DNA of 64,000 nt from Carpediemonas membranifera BICM (GCA_019828565.1 JAHDYR010000003.1:681409-745408), one strand, 5' to 3'. Shown: positions 43,813 to 54,588, numbered from the stretch's first letter. Made by a program: numbers and translations. The notes: generated from the letters alone by a model not told the origin.

Positions 43813-44058
43813 GCCGTAGATTGGACCAGCGGGATAAATATAGCAGGCGTGCACGCAAATGTACGAGGATGATGTTGTGTTGTACGATTACGATTTGTTC
43901 GTGAACGACGGCCGGGGGTTTGATCATCCATCATCAGCAGTTCGTTGGCCTAATCTGTCCATGGGCGACAGGACCATGTAATGAACCAAGTAATGTTACC
44001 CGGCCATGCGTCGGGACCAAGCTTACTCCTGGTGCAGCTTTAGAGGAGGCCAGATGAG

Positions 44059-45138
44059 ATGACGACGGGAGATTTAGTATTTCAAACCTATGTGCCTGGA
44101 AAGGTCATCTTATCTGGAGAACACGCCGTTGTGAATGGATACGCTGCCGTCGTCGTCCCTATCAACGCTTTCCTCACGCTGTCCATCAAAAGAAACCAGA
44201 ATGCTGCTGTTTTCACAGTCATTTCCGCCACCACCGGCACCAAGGAGATCTTCAGCCCATCCGAGCTATCCATGCTCTTCATCGCCCCACCACAGCCCCG
44301 CCCCACTCCCTGCGCAGCGATGGTGCATGCCCTTGCGCTATGCGCCAAGGCCAGAGGCCTTTCCAGTGACACAGTGATAAGCTCCATCATGGGGCTGACT
44401 GTATCTGTCGACTCCGAGCTGCCCATGGGAGCGGGCATGGGGTCCTCGGCCGCGCTGTGCACTGCCATGGCTCGAACCGCAGTCCACATCGTCTCCCAGC
44501 TCCCCCGTGAACCAGAGCAACGCATGTCAGACAGTCCACTCCCCCTCTCATCCCCCCCCTCACTCGCCCCCATACAGCTGGACGCGTCTGTTTACGACGT
44601 GGCCCTCGCCCTGGAGCACCTGTTCCACGGCAAATCGTCGGGCATTGACGTCTTCTGCTGTCTAAACCCCAACCTCGTCACAGTATCCCGGACTGGGGTC
44701 CACTCAACTCTGGCCATGCCCGAGGGAGCACCGGGGATCGAGATCGTGGTTGTCCACAGCGGCGTGGAGAGGAGTACTGCCGATGCCGTGGCAATGGTGC
44801 AGGGTAATGCTGACTACAAGCGGGTCCTGGGTCAGATTGGAGCTATTTCCGCAGAAACTGCGCGACTGCTGGGAGAAGGCATGACCGGCGATGCGCTCGA
44901 GACTGCTCTGGCTTCTGAGCAGCACCTAGAGGCTCTTGGCCTTTCCGTGCCCAGCATTGGCCACATCCTGTCCATCGGCCAGCAGCTCTCCCCGCCCTGG
45001 GTCGGCAAGATCTCGGGCGCCGGGCTCGGCGGGGCAGTGATCTTTCCCGTTGTTGCTGGGACACGTGATACCAGACCGCTGCTGGATGCTGTGCGGGCGG
45101 CGGGGTTCGAGGCCGCGCTGTACTCTACCGGCTGCTGA
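44059..45138 (+). CDS. MVK: Mevalonate kinase (GHMP family)
   Basis: PGKVILSGEHAVV, LPMGAGMGSSAA, HGKSSGID and KISGAGLGG motifs. Confidence 0.9.
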   Translation: MTTGDLVFQTYVPGKVILSGEHAVVNGYAAVVVPINAFLTLSIKRNQNAAVFTVISATTGTKEIFSPSELSMLFIAPPQPRPTPCAAMVHALALCAKARGLSSDTVISSIMGLTVSVDSELPMGAGMGSSAALCTAMARTAVHIVSQLPREPEQRMSDSPLPLSSPPSLAPIQLDASVYDVALALEHLFHGKSSGIDVFCCLNPNLVTVSRTGVHSTLAMPEGAPGIEIVVVHSGVERSTADAVAMVQGNADYKRVLGQIGAISAETARLLGEGMTGDALETALASEQHLEALGLSVPSIGHILSIGQQLSPPWVGKISGAGLGGAVIFPVVAGTRDTRPLLDAVRAAGFEAALYSTGC

Positions 45139-45194
45139 CCAGTGCCATGCAAGATTTACTAGCAAGCTGTTCTATTTATATTGATCGTATAAAT

Positions 45195-48100
45195 CTACCT
45201 CCCTCTGCCATATCCGTCGTATCCAAACGATATCCGGCTGGTGGAGTATCTTTTGTTGAGATCCTGCATCGTCGCGGGTGAGATGGCCGTGCTGCCGATC
45301 CTCAGCGGGTACGTCCCCGTCGCCCCGGGCCGCCGCATCGACGTCGGGTCTGACCCCGTCTCGAGGCGGTACCGGAGCCCCGGCATCTCGCGGCACATGC
45401 GGCGGTTGCGGCCGAGGATCTTCATGCGGCACATCGCCCTGACCGCGAGCATCGCCACGCGGAGCCGGCGTCTGGCCTTCATGGGCCCCATTCTCCGGCG
45501 TACCGGGGAGATTGCGATGGGGGCGATGACCCGCTGATGCTGCATGCCCGTCATCAGCGTCCGCACGTAGTCGAGCGCCTCCTTCTCAGCCCGCTTAAGC
45601 TGCGCGGACTCGGACTCCGCGGCGGCCTTGTCCCTCGAGAGCCGCTCGATGACCATCTCCGAGTCGGCCAACGCTCGCTGGAGTCGAGCGAGCTGCTCGG
45701 CCGGATCGGGCTGGGGCTCGGGTGTGGCGCTGCGAAGCGTGGCGACGGTCTGCTTCAGTCCGCGGATCTCGCCGTCCTGCTGGGCAATCGTCTGGGCCTG
45801 GTCGGCGTTCAGCTGCTGGTACCGGCTGACGTCGGCGCTGAGTCGCGCGATCTCGGCCCGGAGCTCCCTGTTCACGGCCAGCATCTCCGCACCGTGCGCA
45901 TGCTGCTGCTCGTCCTGGAGCTGTGCGATCGTCTGCTCCTTAACCTGCACCTGCTCTCTGAGATCGACCAGGTTGCGCTGCATCGCCGCCAGCTGGCTGC
46001 TGACGGACTCGAACCCGGCGCTGTCCCCGGGCCCCTTGGCTTGTCTGATCTCGGCGAGGAGGGAGTCGCGGTGGCTGGCCAAGATGCGCTCGATATCAAC
46101 ATCGCGAGGCTGGGCACGCGGGGTGCCTGGGCGGTCGGCGAGTCGTTTGACCGTGCCGATGAGCGTCTCGGACGGCTTCACACCGCGTTCAATGCACATC
46201 GTATCCAATTTCTGCCGTATCTCCGAGATTGCCTTGATCTGGGCCTTCTGTGAAGCAACGAGCTCGAGAACACTGTCCCAGGACTGGGCCTCGAGCTCAG
46301 GCCCCTCAAGCACCGCGGCCAGCCTTGCTTTGAGCTGTGACAGGTCAGCGGCGGCCGTGGCATCGTGTTCCTGGGCCGACGCGAGGATCTTTCTATACCC
46401 TGCGGCAATCGCGTCAACAACCTTCCTCATGCTCTCGCCGCCCTGCTCCCGGACACCGGCGACGGCGGCCTCGAGACGGGTGCGGTCCACCTCGCCCCCG
46501 TACGCGGCCTGCGCTAGCTGGGCGATTACTCTCGGATCCAGCTCGTCCTCCTCGACGGCCTCGAGGGCCTCTACGGGCCAATCGGGTGGCGCCGTCATGG
46601 CGAGGGCGTCGTCCAGGTCAGCCCTGCTGAGGGAGGCAGGGGCATGAGGGGCACTGAGCTCGAGGTCGATGTCGGACGGCTTCACCGACATGAACAGGGC
46701 GTCGTCTACGGCCTGCTTAGGGCGTACAAGGTCGTCGATGCGGGCCTCCAGCTGTGTCCGCTGGTCCAGGAGCTCATTCACACGGGCCCTGGCATTGGCC
46801 AGCTCTTCGGACAGTGCATCGGCTCTCTCCGTGACAGAGTTGAGGCGCTGGGTGACGGCCTTGTTCTCGGAGGTCAGACGCTTCTTCTCGGCCTCCACTG
46901 CCTCCATATCACGTCTAATGGCATCGACCTGGGTCTTAGCGTCAGCCTTGGCGCCCTCCTCGCGCTGAACGAGCCCTGTCTCGAGCTTCATGACCTTCTC
47001 CTGCAGCAGCGCGTTGTCCGCGCTGAGGTCGGCCTTCGCTTCGAGCAGGAGCGACACCTCGTGCCGCAGTCCGCCAGCCTCCCTGGTGAGCGCTGCCTTT
47101 TCCTCGCCGAGGATGTCATTGAGCGCCTGCAACTCCTTCTGGCGGGCTGCAGTGGTTCTAACTTCCGTCAGCTTCTGCTCCAGCTTGCCAACAGCGTCCT
47201 CGAGCGCCGCCTTCGCCTCCGCCAGCACGGAGCTTTCCTTCTGTAGCTCCACTACCCTATTGGCTGCCTCCTCGCTGGTGTGCAGGGCGTCGTCCAGCGT
47301 CGCCCGGAGATCATCGGCCTCCGCTAGCGAGGCGTCGAGCTTGGCCTGCAGTCCAGCGGCCTGAGTCTCAAACGGCGCGAGTCGGGCGACCTCGCCCTTC
47401 GCCTTCCGCAGCTCTCTGCCCCGACTCTCGAGGGCCTGCTGAACACCGGCCATGCTCTCTTGGTATGTCGCCGCAGACGAGTCAAGCTCAGCCTCGAGGG
47501 ACTCCTTGCCGGCCCGGGCCTGGGCGACGTCCTCGTGGGCGGCGTGGAGCTCCCGGCGGACGCGGGTGAAGTCGCGGGTCAGGCCAAGGTGGTCCTCGCG
47601 GAGCTTGGCGAGCTTCTGCTCGAGCTCGGTCTGGGTAGACTCGCGGTCCTTGGCGGACTCCTCGAGGCGGGTCTCAAGAGCGGCCTTCTCCTCGCGGATC
47701 TCGGCGAGCTTCTGCTCGAGCTCGGTCTGGGTAGACTCGCGGTCCTTGGCGGACTCCTCGAGGCGGGTCTCGAGAGCGGCCTTCTCCTCGCGGATCTCGG
47801 CAAGCTTCTGCTCGAGCTCGGTCTGGGTAGACTCGCGGTCCTTGGCGGACTCCTCGAGGCGGGTCTCGAGAGCGGCCTTCTCCTCGCGGATCTCGGCGAG
47901 CTTCTGCTCGAGCTCGGTCTGGATAGACTCGCGGTCCTTGGCGGACTCCTCGAGGCGGGTCTCAAGAGCGGCCTTCTCCTCGCGGATCTCGGCAAGCTTC
48001 TGCTCGAGCTCGGTCTGGGTAGACTCGCGGTCCTTGGCGGACTCCTCGAGGCGGGTCTCGAGAGCGGCCTTCTCCTCGCGGATCTCGGCAAGCTTCTGCT

Positions 48101-50990
48101 CGAGCTCGGTCTGGGTAGACTCGCGGTCCTTGGCGGACTCCTCGAGGCGGGTCTCAAGAGCGGCCTTCTCCTCGCGGATCTCGGCAAGCTTCTGCTCGAG
48201 CTCGGTCTGGGTAGACTCGCGGTCCTTGGCGGACTTCTCGAGGCGGGTCTCAAGAGCGGCCTTCTCCTCAGCGACGGAAGCGACCTGGGTCTCAAGAGCG
48301 GCCTTCTCCTCAGCGACGGAAGCGACCTGGGTCTCGAGAGCGGCCTTCTCCTCGCGGATCTCGGCAAGCTTCTGCTCGAGCTCGGTCTGGGTAGACTTGC
48401 GGTCCTTGGCGGACTCCTCGAGGCGGGTCTCAAGAGCGGCCTTCTCCTCGCGGATCTCGGCGAGCTTCTGCTCGAGCTCGGTCTGGGTAGACTCGCGGTC
48501 CTTGGCGGACTCCTCGAGGCGGGTCTCAAGAGCGGCCTTCTCCTCGCGGATCTCGGCGAGCTTCTGCTCGAGCTCGGTCTGGGTAGACTCGCGGTCCTTG
48601 GCGGACTCCTCGAGGCGGGTCTCGAGAGCGGCCTTCTCCTCGCGGATCTCGGCGAGCTTCTGCTCGAGCTCGGTCTGGGTAGACTCGCGGTCCTTGGCGG
48701 ACTCCTCGAGGCGGGTCTCGAGAGCGGCCTTCTCCTCGCGGATCTCGGCAAGTTTCTGCTCGAGCTCGGTCTGGGTAGACTCGCGGTCCTTGGCGGACTC
48801 CTCGAGGCGGGTCTCGAGAGCGGCCTTCTCCTCGCGGATCTCGGCAAGCTTCTGCTCGAGCTCGGTCTGGGTAGACTCGCGGTCCTTGGCGGACTCCTCG
48901 AGGCGGGTCTCAAGAGCGGCCTTCTCCTCGCGGATCTCGGCGAGCTTCTGCTCGAGCTCGGTCTGGGTAGACTCGCGGTCCTTGGCGGACTCCTCGAGGC
49001 GGGTCTCGAGAGCGGCCTTCTCCTCGCGGATCTCGGCGAGCTTCTGCTCGAGCTCGGTCTGGGTAGACTCGCGGTCCTTGGCGGACTCCTCGAGGCGGGT
49101 CTCAAGAGCGGCCTTCTCCTCGCGGATCTCGGCGAGCTTCTGCTCGAGCTCGGTCTGGGTAGACTCGCGGTCCTTGGCGGACTCCTCGAGGCGGGTCTCG
49201 AGAGCGGCCTTCTCCTCGCGGATCTCGGCGAGCTTCTGATCGAGCTCGGTCTGGGTAGACTCGCGGTCCTTGGCGGACTCCTCGAGGCGGGTCTCAAGAG
49301 CGGCCTTCTCCTCGCGGATCTCGGCAAGCTTCTGCTCGAGCTCGGTCTGGGTAGACTCGCGGTCCTTGGCGGACTCCTCGAGGCGGGTCTCAAGAGCGGC
49401 CTTCTCCTCGCGGATCTCGGCGAGCTTCTGCTCGAGCTCGGTCTGGGTAGACTCGCGGTCCTTGGCGGACTCCTCGAGGCGGGTCTCGAGAGCGGCCTTC
49501 TCCTCGCGGATCTCGGCGAGCTTCTGCTCGAGCTCGGTCTGGGTAGACTCGCGGTCCTTGGCGGACTCCTCGAGGCGGGTCTCAAGAGCGGCCTTCTCCT
49601 CGCGGATCTCGGCGAGCTTCTGCTCGAGCTCGGTCTGGGTAGACTCGCGGTCCTTGGCGGACTCCTCGAGGCGGGTCTCAAGAGCGGCCTTCTCCTCGCG
49701 GATCTCGGCAAGCTTCTGCTCGAGCTCGGTCTGGGTAGACTCGCGGTCCTTGGCGGACTCCTCGAGGCGGGTCTCAAGAGCGGCCTTCTCCTCGCGGATC
49801 TCGGCGAGCTTCTGCTCGAGCTCGGTCTGGGTAGACTCGCGGTCCTTGGCGGACTCCTCGAGGCGGGTCTCAAGAGCGGCCTTCTCCTCAGCGACGGAAG
49901 CGACCTGGGTCTCGAGAGCGGCCTTCTCCTCGCGGATCTCGGCAAGCTTCTGCTCGAGCTCGGTCTGGGTAGACTCGCGGTCCTTGGCGGACTCCTCGAG
50001 GCGGGTCTCAAGAGCGGCCTTCTCCTCGCGGATCTCGGCGAGCTTCTGCTCGAGCTCGGTCACGGAGGTCTCAAGGGCGGTCTTGTCCGCCTTCACAGCC
50101 TCCAACTCAGCATTCGCCTTCATTAGCTTCTTCTCCCGCGCGCCCTTATCGAGCTCAAGAGCGATCGACTTTTTCCTGAAGTCGGCCCGCTCGGCCTTGG
50201 TTGCCGCCAGTGACGACGCCAGCTGTTCCTTCTCCTCGGACAGCTTTTCGACCTTTGTCTTGTAGTCTGCGATCTCAACCCTGTGTCGAGCCTCCTTGGA
50301 CTCGAAGCCGTCCTGGGCCGCCGCAAGCTTGCGCTTCATGTCCTCAAGCTCGATCTCAAGCACTGAGTGTCTATATAGAATGTCTGCCTTCTCCTCTCTG
50401 AGCTCGGTCACGACCTTGTCCATCGCGGAGACCTTATCCAGCAGCTCGTATTTCTCGGTGGCGAGCTCGTTCGACTGGTGTTGTAGATACTCGTTGTGGC
50501 TGTTCAGCTTCTCCACCTTCTCGGCCATGCTGTTGTACTCAGTCCGCAGCATGCTGAGGTCCTCGTTGTGGTGGATCAGGTCGGCAGTCTTCACCTCCTC
50601 CTGCCGCTTCAGCTGTACTGACGCCAAATCCTGCTGGGAAGCGATGATCTCGTCCATAACAGCAGCTAGCTCCTTCAGGGTGTCCATGGTCGGGGCGGTG
50701 TCCTCCTGCAGGAGCTTCTTCCGGGCGAGTAGGTCCGTCATCTTGCCCTCGAGCGTGCTGTGGCGAGTAAGATCAAGGAAAGGCGTGTCTAGCGGCGCGT
50801 GGTCCCGTGCACTGCTCTCCTTTGTTGCGTCTGAGCGGACAGGAGTCCATGTAGGTGCCGGGGGGGCGGGAATGCTGCTCGATGGCGGCGCAGCGGCCGA
50901 TGGGGTTGCGGATGTTGGCGTTTGGTTCACATTGCGCTTCTTATAGCGACGCAACGCTTGCTCCATCCGGGCACTCTTGTCAGCGTCCAT
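45195..50990 (-). CDS. Giant coiled-coil protein with 32-aa tandem repeats and C-terminal PACT-like motif
   Basis: About 1930 aa from ATG 50990; KARRRLRVAMLAVRAMCRMKIL near the C-terminus. Confidence 0.8.
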   Translation of the reverse strand: MDADKSARMEQALRRYKKRNVNQTPTSATPSAAAPPSSSIPAPPAPTWTPVRSDATKESSARDHAPLDTPFLDLTRHSTLEGKMTDLLARKKLLQEDTAPTMDTLKELAAVMDEIIASQQDLASVQLKRQEEVKTADLIHHNEDLSMLRTEYNSMAEKVEKLNSHNEYLQHQSNELATEKYELLDKVSAMDKVVTELREEKADILYRHSVLEIELEDMKRKLAAAQDGFESKEARHRVEIADYKTKVEKLSEEKEQLASSLAATKAERADFRKKSIALELDKGAREKKLMKANAELEAVKADKTALETSVTELEQKLAEIREEKAALETRLEESAKDRESTQTELEQKLAEIREEKAALETQVASVAEEKAALETRLEESAKDRESTQTELEQKLAEIREEKAALETRLEESAKDRESTQTELEQKLAEIREEKAALETRLEESAKDRESTQTELEQKLAEIREEKAALETRLEESAKDRESTQTELEQKLAEIREEKAALETRLEESAKDRESTQTELEQKLAEIREEKAALETRLEESAKDRESTQTELEQKLAEIREEKAALETRLEESAKDRESTQTELDQKLAEIREEKAALETRLEESAKDRESTQTELEQKLAEIREEKAALETRLEESAKDRESTQTELEQKLAEIREEKAALETRLEESAKDRESTQTELEQKLAEIREEKAALETRLEESAKDRESTQTELEQKLAEIREEKAALETRLEESAKDRESTQTELEQKLAEIREEKAALETRLEESAKDRESTQTELEQKLAEIREEKAALETRLEESAKDRESTQTELEQKLAEIREEKAALETRLEESAKDRESTQTELEQKLAEIREEKAALETRLEESAKDRKSTQTELEQKLAEIREEKAALETQVASVAEEKAALETQVASVAEEKAALETRLEKSAKDRESTQTELEQKLAEIREEKAALETRLEESAKDRESTQTELEQKLAEIREEKAALETRLEESAKDRESTQTELEQKLAEIREEKAALETRLEESAKDRESIQTELEQKLAEIREEKAALETRLEESAKDRESTQTELEQKLAEIREEKAALETRLEESAKDRESTQTELEQKLAEIREEKAALETRLEESAKDRESTQTELEQKLAKLREDHLGLTRDFTRVRRELHAAHEDVAQARAGKESLEAELDSSAATYQESMAGVQQALESRGRELRKAKGEVARLAPFETQAAGLQAKLDASLAEADDLRATLDDALHTSEEAANRVVELQKESSVLAEAKAALEDAVGKLEQKLTEVRTTAARQKELQALNDILGEEKAALTREAGGLRHEVSLLLEAKADLSADNALLQEKVMKLETGLVQREEGAKADAKTQVDAIRRDMEAVEAEKKRLTSENKAVTQRLNSVTERADALSEELANARARVNELLDQRTQLEARIDDLVRPKQAVDDALFMSVKPSDIDLELSAPHAPASLSRADLDDALAMTAPPDWPVEALEAVEEDELDPRVIAQLAQAAYGGEVDRTRLEAAVAGVREQGGESMRKVVDAIAAGYRKILASAQEHDATAAADLSQLKARLAAVLEGPELEAQSWDSVLELVASQKAQIKAISEIRQKLDTMCIERGVKPSETLIGTVKRLADRPGTPRAQPRDVDIERILASHRDSLLAEIRQAKGPGDSAGFESVSSQLAAMQRNLVDLREQVQVKEQTIAQLQDEQQHAHGAEMLAVNRELRAEIARLSADVSRYQQLNADQAQTIAQQDGEIRGLKQTVATLRSATPEPQPDPAEQLARLQRALADSEMVIERLSRDKAAAESESAQLKRAEKEALDYVRTLMTGMQHQRVIAPIAISPVRRRMGPMKARRRLRVAMLAVRAMCRMKILGRNRRMCREMPGLRYRLETGSDPTSMRRPGATGTYPLRIGSTAISPATMQDLNKRYSTSRISFGYDGYGRGR
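47605..50060 (-). repeat. 96-bp coding tandem repeat (about 24 copies) with three 42-bp variant units
   Basis: Unit TELEQKLAEIREEKAALETRLEESAKDRESTQ; variant QVASVAEEKAALET. Confidence 0.97.
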
Positions 50991-51101
50991 CCAAGAATGT
51001 CGCCAATGTCGCCCGCGCACTTCTGTCAAACGAGTTACATGCTCACGTAATGGCCCCAGCCGCCACGCGCTATCGACAGTACACCACGCCATTTATCGCC
51101 C

Positions 51102-52097
51102 TCAGAGCCTCTTCAGCTCCCGGATCAGCAGCTGCTTCTCGTCCTTGAACTGGTCGTCCTGCCCGTCCCGGTCGTTCTGGAAGTCTGATAGATATGCGAT
51201 CATCTTGTCCTTGTTCTTGGTGAGGATGGACATCACGCCCTCGCTCTCAGACTTCTTGGGGTTGGCGACGAAGACCTTGAACACGTGGAACGCCTCAAAC
51301 TGGATCGACTTGTTGGGGTCAATCAGCAGCTTCATCATCAGCTTCAGGTTGTCCGCATCGGCGATGTACTTCTTCATGAGGGCGAAGTTCGCCTGGTCGA
51401 GGAGCATCTCCGCGAGCAGCTTGACTGACTGTCTCCGGGTCACGTAGTTCTCCGAGAGCAGCAGCTGGCGGTACTTCGCAAAGAAATCGTCGTAGTTGGC
51501 CGTCAGGTAGGTAGAAAGTGTCCTCTTATGCTGGGTCAACAGCGTCTTAAGCGTGGCAAATGCGTCCGACCCGATGTCAAACGAGCGGACCTGGGTCTGC
51601 TCAAAAAGCTTCTCCAAGTACGTGTCCAAGACGTGCTTGCTGATTCGTTCGCTCTTGAGGCAGTCGCGGAGGATGAGACCTGCGGTGAGAGCAGAGTTTG
51701 AATCGAGGTCGTAGGCATCGATCAGAATCTTAAGAATCTCGGGACGGTGGAGCACATACTTCACCGGATCGAGGGTGCCCTTGTGCCGCATCACGCAGGA
51801 CACAATGCGGGCGAAGTCGGAGCGGGTGTCGACATCAAAACGGGTGAAATACTGGAAAAGATTGAACAGGAGCTCGCTCTCAGGATCAATGAGCATGGAA
51901 ACCACCGTCTCAACCACATCTGGATCCGGTTCCTTGTCGGGTTCACCATACAGAGCAGCGCGAATTGTTGCCAGCTCCTTGGTAACGCCCTCCTGTGTTT
52001 CAGTCGAAACTTCCTCACTGGAGCTGTACTCCTCAAGGTACTTCTCCAGACGGCCAATGTATTTGCTTGGTTTGAATGAGTGCTTGCGCTTGAACAT
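51102..52097 (-). CDS. MO25: MO25/CAB39 scaffold
   Basis: FDIGSDAFAT, SENYVTRRQSVKLL and IQFEAFHVFKVFVANPKK motifs; ATG at 52097. Confidence 0.95.
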   Translation of the reverse strand: MFKRKHSFKPSKYIGRLEKYLEEYSSSEEVSTETQEGVTKELATIRAALYGEPDKEPDPDVVETVVSMLIDPESELLFNLFQYFTRFDVDTRSDFARIVSCVMRHKGTLDPVKYVLHRPEILKILIDAYDLDSNSALTAGLILRDCLKSERISKHVLDTYLEKLFEQTQVRSFDIGSDAFATLKTLLTQHKRTLSTYLTANYDDFFAKYRQLLLSENYVTRRQSVKLLAEMLLDQANFALMKKYIADADNLKLMMKLLIDPNKSIQFEAFHVFKVFVANPKKSESEGVMSILTKNKDKMIAYLSDFQNDRDGQDDQFKDEKQLLIRELKRL

Positions 52098-52312
52098 GGG
52101 ATTGGCGAAAGAACGGAGAGTTCCTGGCTGAATTTGGTGTTGGCTTGTCCAAACATGGACACGCATGTAACAATGTAAATGATGCATGATGACTCTGCCA
52201 GCATATTCAGGGTGACTATTCGCGCCCATAACAGCATTTTCAGGCCAGACTGGGCCAACAGCGGCTGGCGCCTATCCTGCGCACTTAAGATCGTTGAGCG
52301 AAAGCAAACCCC

Positions 52313-52852
52313 ATGTCCGGCCGCAGAACGATCACACCAGTGAATCAGAAAGTTCTCACAAATGTAGCCGTTGTGAGGTACAAAACCCACGGCATACGGT
52401 ACGAGATCGCGTGTTTCCCCAACAAGGTCGCCGATTGGCGCAACGGTGCTGAGAAGGACATTGAGGAGGTGCTTCAGGCTGATATGGTCTACTCAAACGT
52501 GTCCAAGGGAGTCTTTGCCAAGGACGCGGATCTCAAGAAGGGCTTCGGGACCTCCGACCACTTCGAAGTGGCCAAGATCATCCTCCAGAAGGGCGAGCTG
52601 CAGGTCTCCGCTAAGGAACGCGCTCACGGCCAAGATGCGATGCTTAAGGAGATTGCCTCAATTGTCAGCGCGCAGACGATCAATCCCGAGACCGGGCTGC
52701 CCTACCCAACGACTGTCGTGCTGCGGGAGATGGCAAACATTCACTACAACGTTAAGACTGGCAAGCCCGCTAAGGCACAGGCGGCGGACGTCATTCGCCA
52801 GCTCCAAGAGCGGATTCCGATAGAGAAGAACCTGTTCGACGGTGCCTTGTGA
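52313..52852 (+). CDS. SBDS: Ribosome maturation factor SBDS/Sdo1, lacking domain III
   Basis: TPVNQKVLTNVAVVRYK...YEIACFPNKV, NVSKG, ILQKGELQ and INPETGLPYP motifs. Confidence 0.9.
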   Translation: MSGRRTITPVNQKVLTNVAVVRYKTHGIRYEIACFPNKVADWRNGAEKDIEEVLQADMVYSNVSKGVFAKDADLKKGFGTSDHFEVAKIILQKGELQVSAKERAHGQDAMLKEIASIVSAQTINPETGLPYPTTVVLREMANIHYNVKTGKPAKAQAADVIRQLQERIPIEKNLFDGAL

Positions 52853-52976
52853 GCAACTGGTCCGCAGACTGATGAACGGCTGTAAACACTCGGTTGACTT
52901 CGTTGTTCCAGGTGAGAATCCGGTCTGGGCGAGATTTTGAGGTCTCCGCAGTTTATGCCAAAAATACTGAATCGAG

Positions 52977-54452
52977 ATGAACTCGATGGATACAACGGTG
53001 CTTGATAAGGCTGAGCAAAACCTGATCAAGTTAGTTAGTGGTACACAGGATATGCTTAGCTCACTAGCTGAAAGTGCCGCCAATCCTTCAAACCGCGAGC
53101 CTGCGACTGCAGAGTCAGTTGGACAGCTTTACAGCCTCTTATCAGACATCAAGGAGTCCCTCCATGATGAAGTAGGCAAGATGCGTCCTCTTCACAACCA
53201 CCGATCCCACCGAGCAATGCACCAGTTCATCCAGAGCAGGAAAGACCTCGCCCAGAAGATCCCCGAGTTCCTACAGGCTGCGGCCAACGCCTCCATCCAA
53301 GCTGTATCCACTCAGGCCCCACTTGCCACCGGAGACGCCACGATGTCTCTCCACCGCGTGGACCCCGCCGTCCAGCGCTACGTCTGGGGCATGGAGCCGC
53401 CCTGCCTCGTCCACGCCATGTCCGGCGCCGCAGACGGGACTCCGGAGCCTTGGGCCGAGGCATGGTTCGGCGTTCATCCCCGGGCCCCGTCGACCCTCCC
53501 CAATGGCATGCCGCTGACCGAGTTCATCGCATCTAACCCTGCCCTTGGCTTCCCGCCCTTCCTGCTCAAGGCCCTCTCCATCGCCAAGCCGCTGTCGATC
53601 CAGGCCCACCCCGACCAAGAGCTCGCAGCCACGCTCCATGCCCGCCGGCCGGACATCTACCCGGACGCCTCACACAAGCCGGAGCTCATGATCGCGGTGA
53701 AGCCGACGCGGGTGCTGTGCGGGTTCAAGACGTCGGCGGAGCTCCTGGAGCTCGTGGGCAAACTACCAGCCCTCGCGGCGGCATTTGGAGCAGCCGCATT
53801 TGATGCGTTCAATTCTGAACCCTGGTCCGGTGTCAAGGGCTGTCTCACCCACCTGTTCGACCACCCCGAGACCCACGAGGCCGCCATTGCCGAGCTCGTT
53901 GCCGTGGACGGCGTGGCGGCGTTCGTCCACGGCTTCTTCGGCACGGACGTCGGCGTCATTGTCGCCGCCCTCCTCCAGCACCGCACGCTGCAGCCCGGGG
54001 AGGCGGTGTTCATCCCGGCCAACGAGCTGCACTGCTACCTCAGCGGCGAGGGCATCGAGGTCATGGTGTCCTCAGACAACGTCGTCCGGTGCGGGCTGAC
54101 GGGCAAGCTCATCGACACCCCGACTCTGCTCGGGATGGTCTCGGGCATGCATGCAGAGATGGCCCAGGTCACCCCGACAGTAAGCGGGCCCTTCAGATCT
54201 TTTGATTGCCCCGCTGAGTTCAGGGTTGTCGGCGTCACACTCGATGGGGGAAACACGGAGGCCGACGTCGAGCCCATGCCGGGCCCTCTGTTCGTCCTCT
54301 GCATGACAGGGGAGGTCGAGGTCTCGACGCCCATGGGTTCATCGGCCGTGATCTGCGCGCACCAGTGCTTGTTTGCCGGCATCGACCTGGGGCTCGCCGG
54401 TCTTAGGATGCGGGGGCGCGGTGAGGCCATCATCGTGGCGCCGAGAGTGTAG
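52977..54452 (+). CDS. Mannose-6-phosphate isomerase (from about 53343) with an in-frame Med11-like N-terminal extension
   Basis: QRYVWG, AEAWFGVHP, PFLLKALSIAKPLSIQAHP, DASHKPEL, HCYLSG and SDNVVRCGLT PMI motifs; 122-aa helical leader. Confidence 0.85.
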   Translation: MNSMDTTVLDKAEQNLIKLVSGTQDMLSSLAESAANPSNREPATAESVGQLYSLLSDIKESLHDEVGKMRPLHNHRSHRAMHQFIQSRKDLAQKIPEFLQAAANASIQAVSTQAPLATGDATMSLHRVDPAVQRYVWGMEPPCLVHAMSGAADGTPEPWAEAWFGVHPRAPSTLPNGMPLTEFIASNPALGFPPFLLKALSIAKPLSIQAHPDQELAATLHARRPDIYPDASHKPELMIAVKPTRVLCGFKTSAELLELVGKLPALAAAFGAAAFDAFNSEPWSGVKGCLTHLFDHPETHEAAIAELVAVDGVAAFVHGFFGTDVGVIVAALLQHRTLQPGEAVFIPANELHCYLSGEGIEVMVSSDNVVRCGLTGKLIDTPTLLGMVSGMHAEMAQVTPTVSGPFRSFDCPAEFRVVGVTLDGGNTEADVEPMPGPLFVLCMTGEVEVSTPMGSSAVICAHQCLFAGIDLGLAGLRMRGRGEAIIVAPRV

Positions 54453-54588
54453 ATTCGTTGAGTGTTAGGCTGTATATATCATAAATTTGTCATTTTCCTG
54501 CCAGCTACAAGGACATGCGGTTGGACATCCCTCGAGGATGTATCACAGTTGTTGTTGTCACATAAAGCAAACGCGCAGTTTATATTGC

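Noticed and set aside
47452-50265. Long alternative-frame ORFs (595, 888, 810 and 331 aa) and a CRISPR-like appearance
   Set aside because: These are by-products of a stop-free 96-bp coding tandem repeat; there are no unique spacers.
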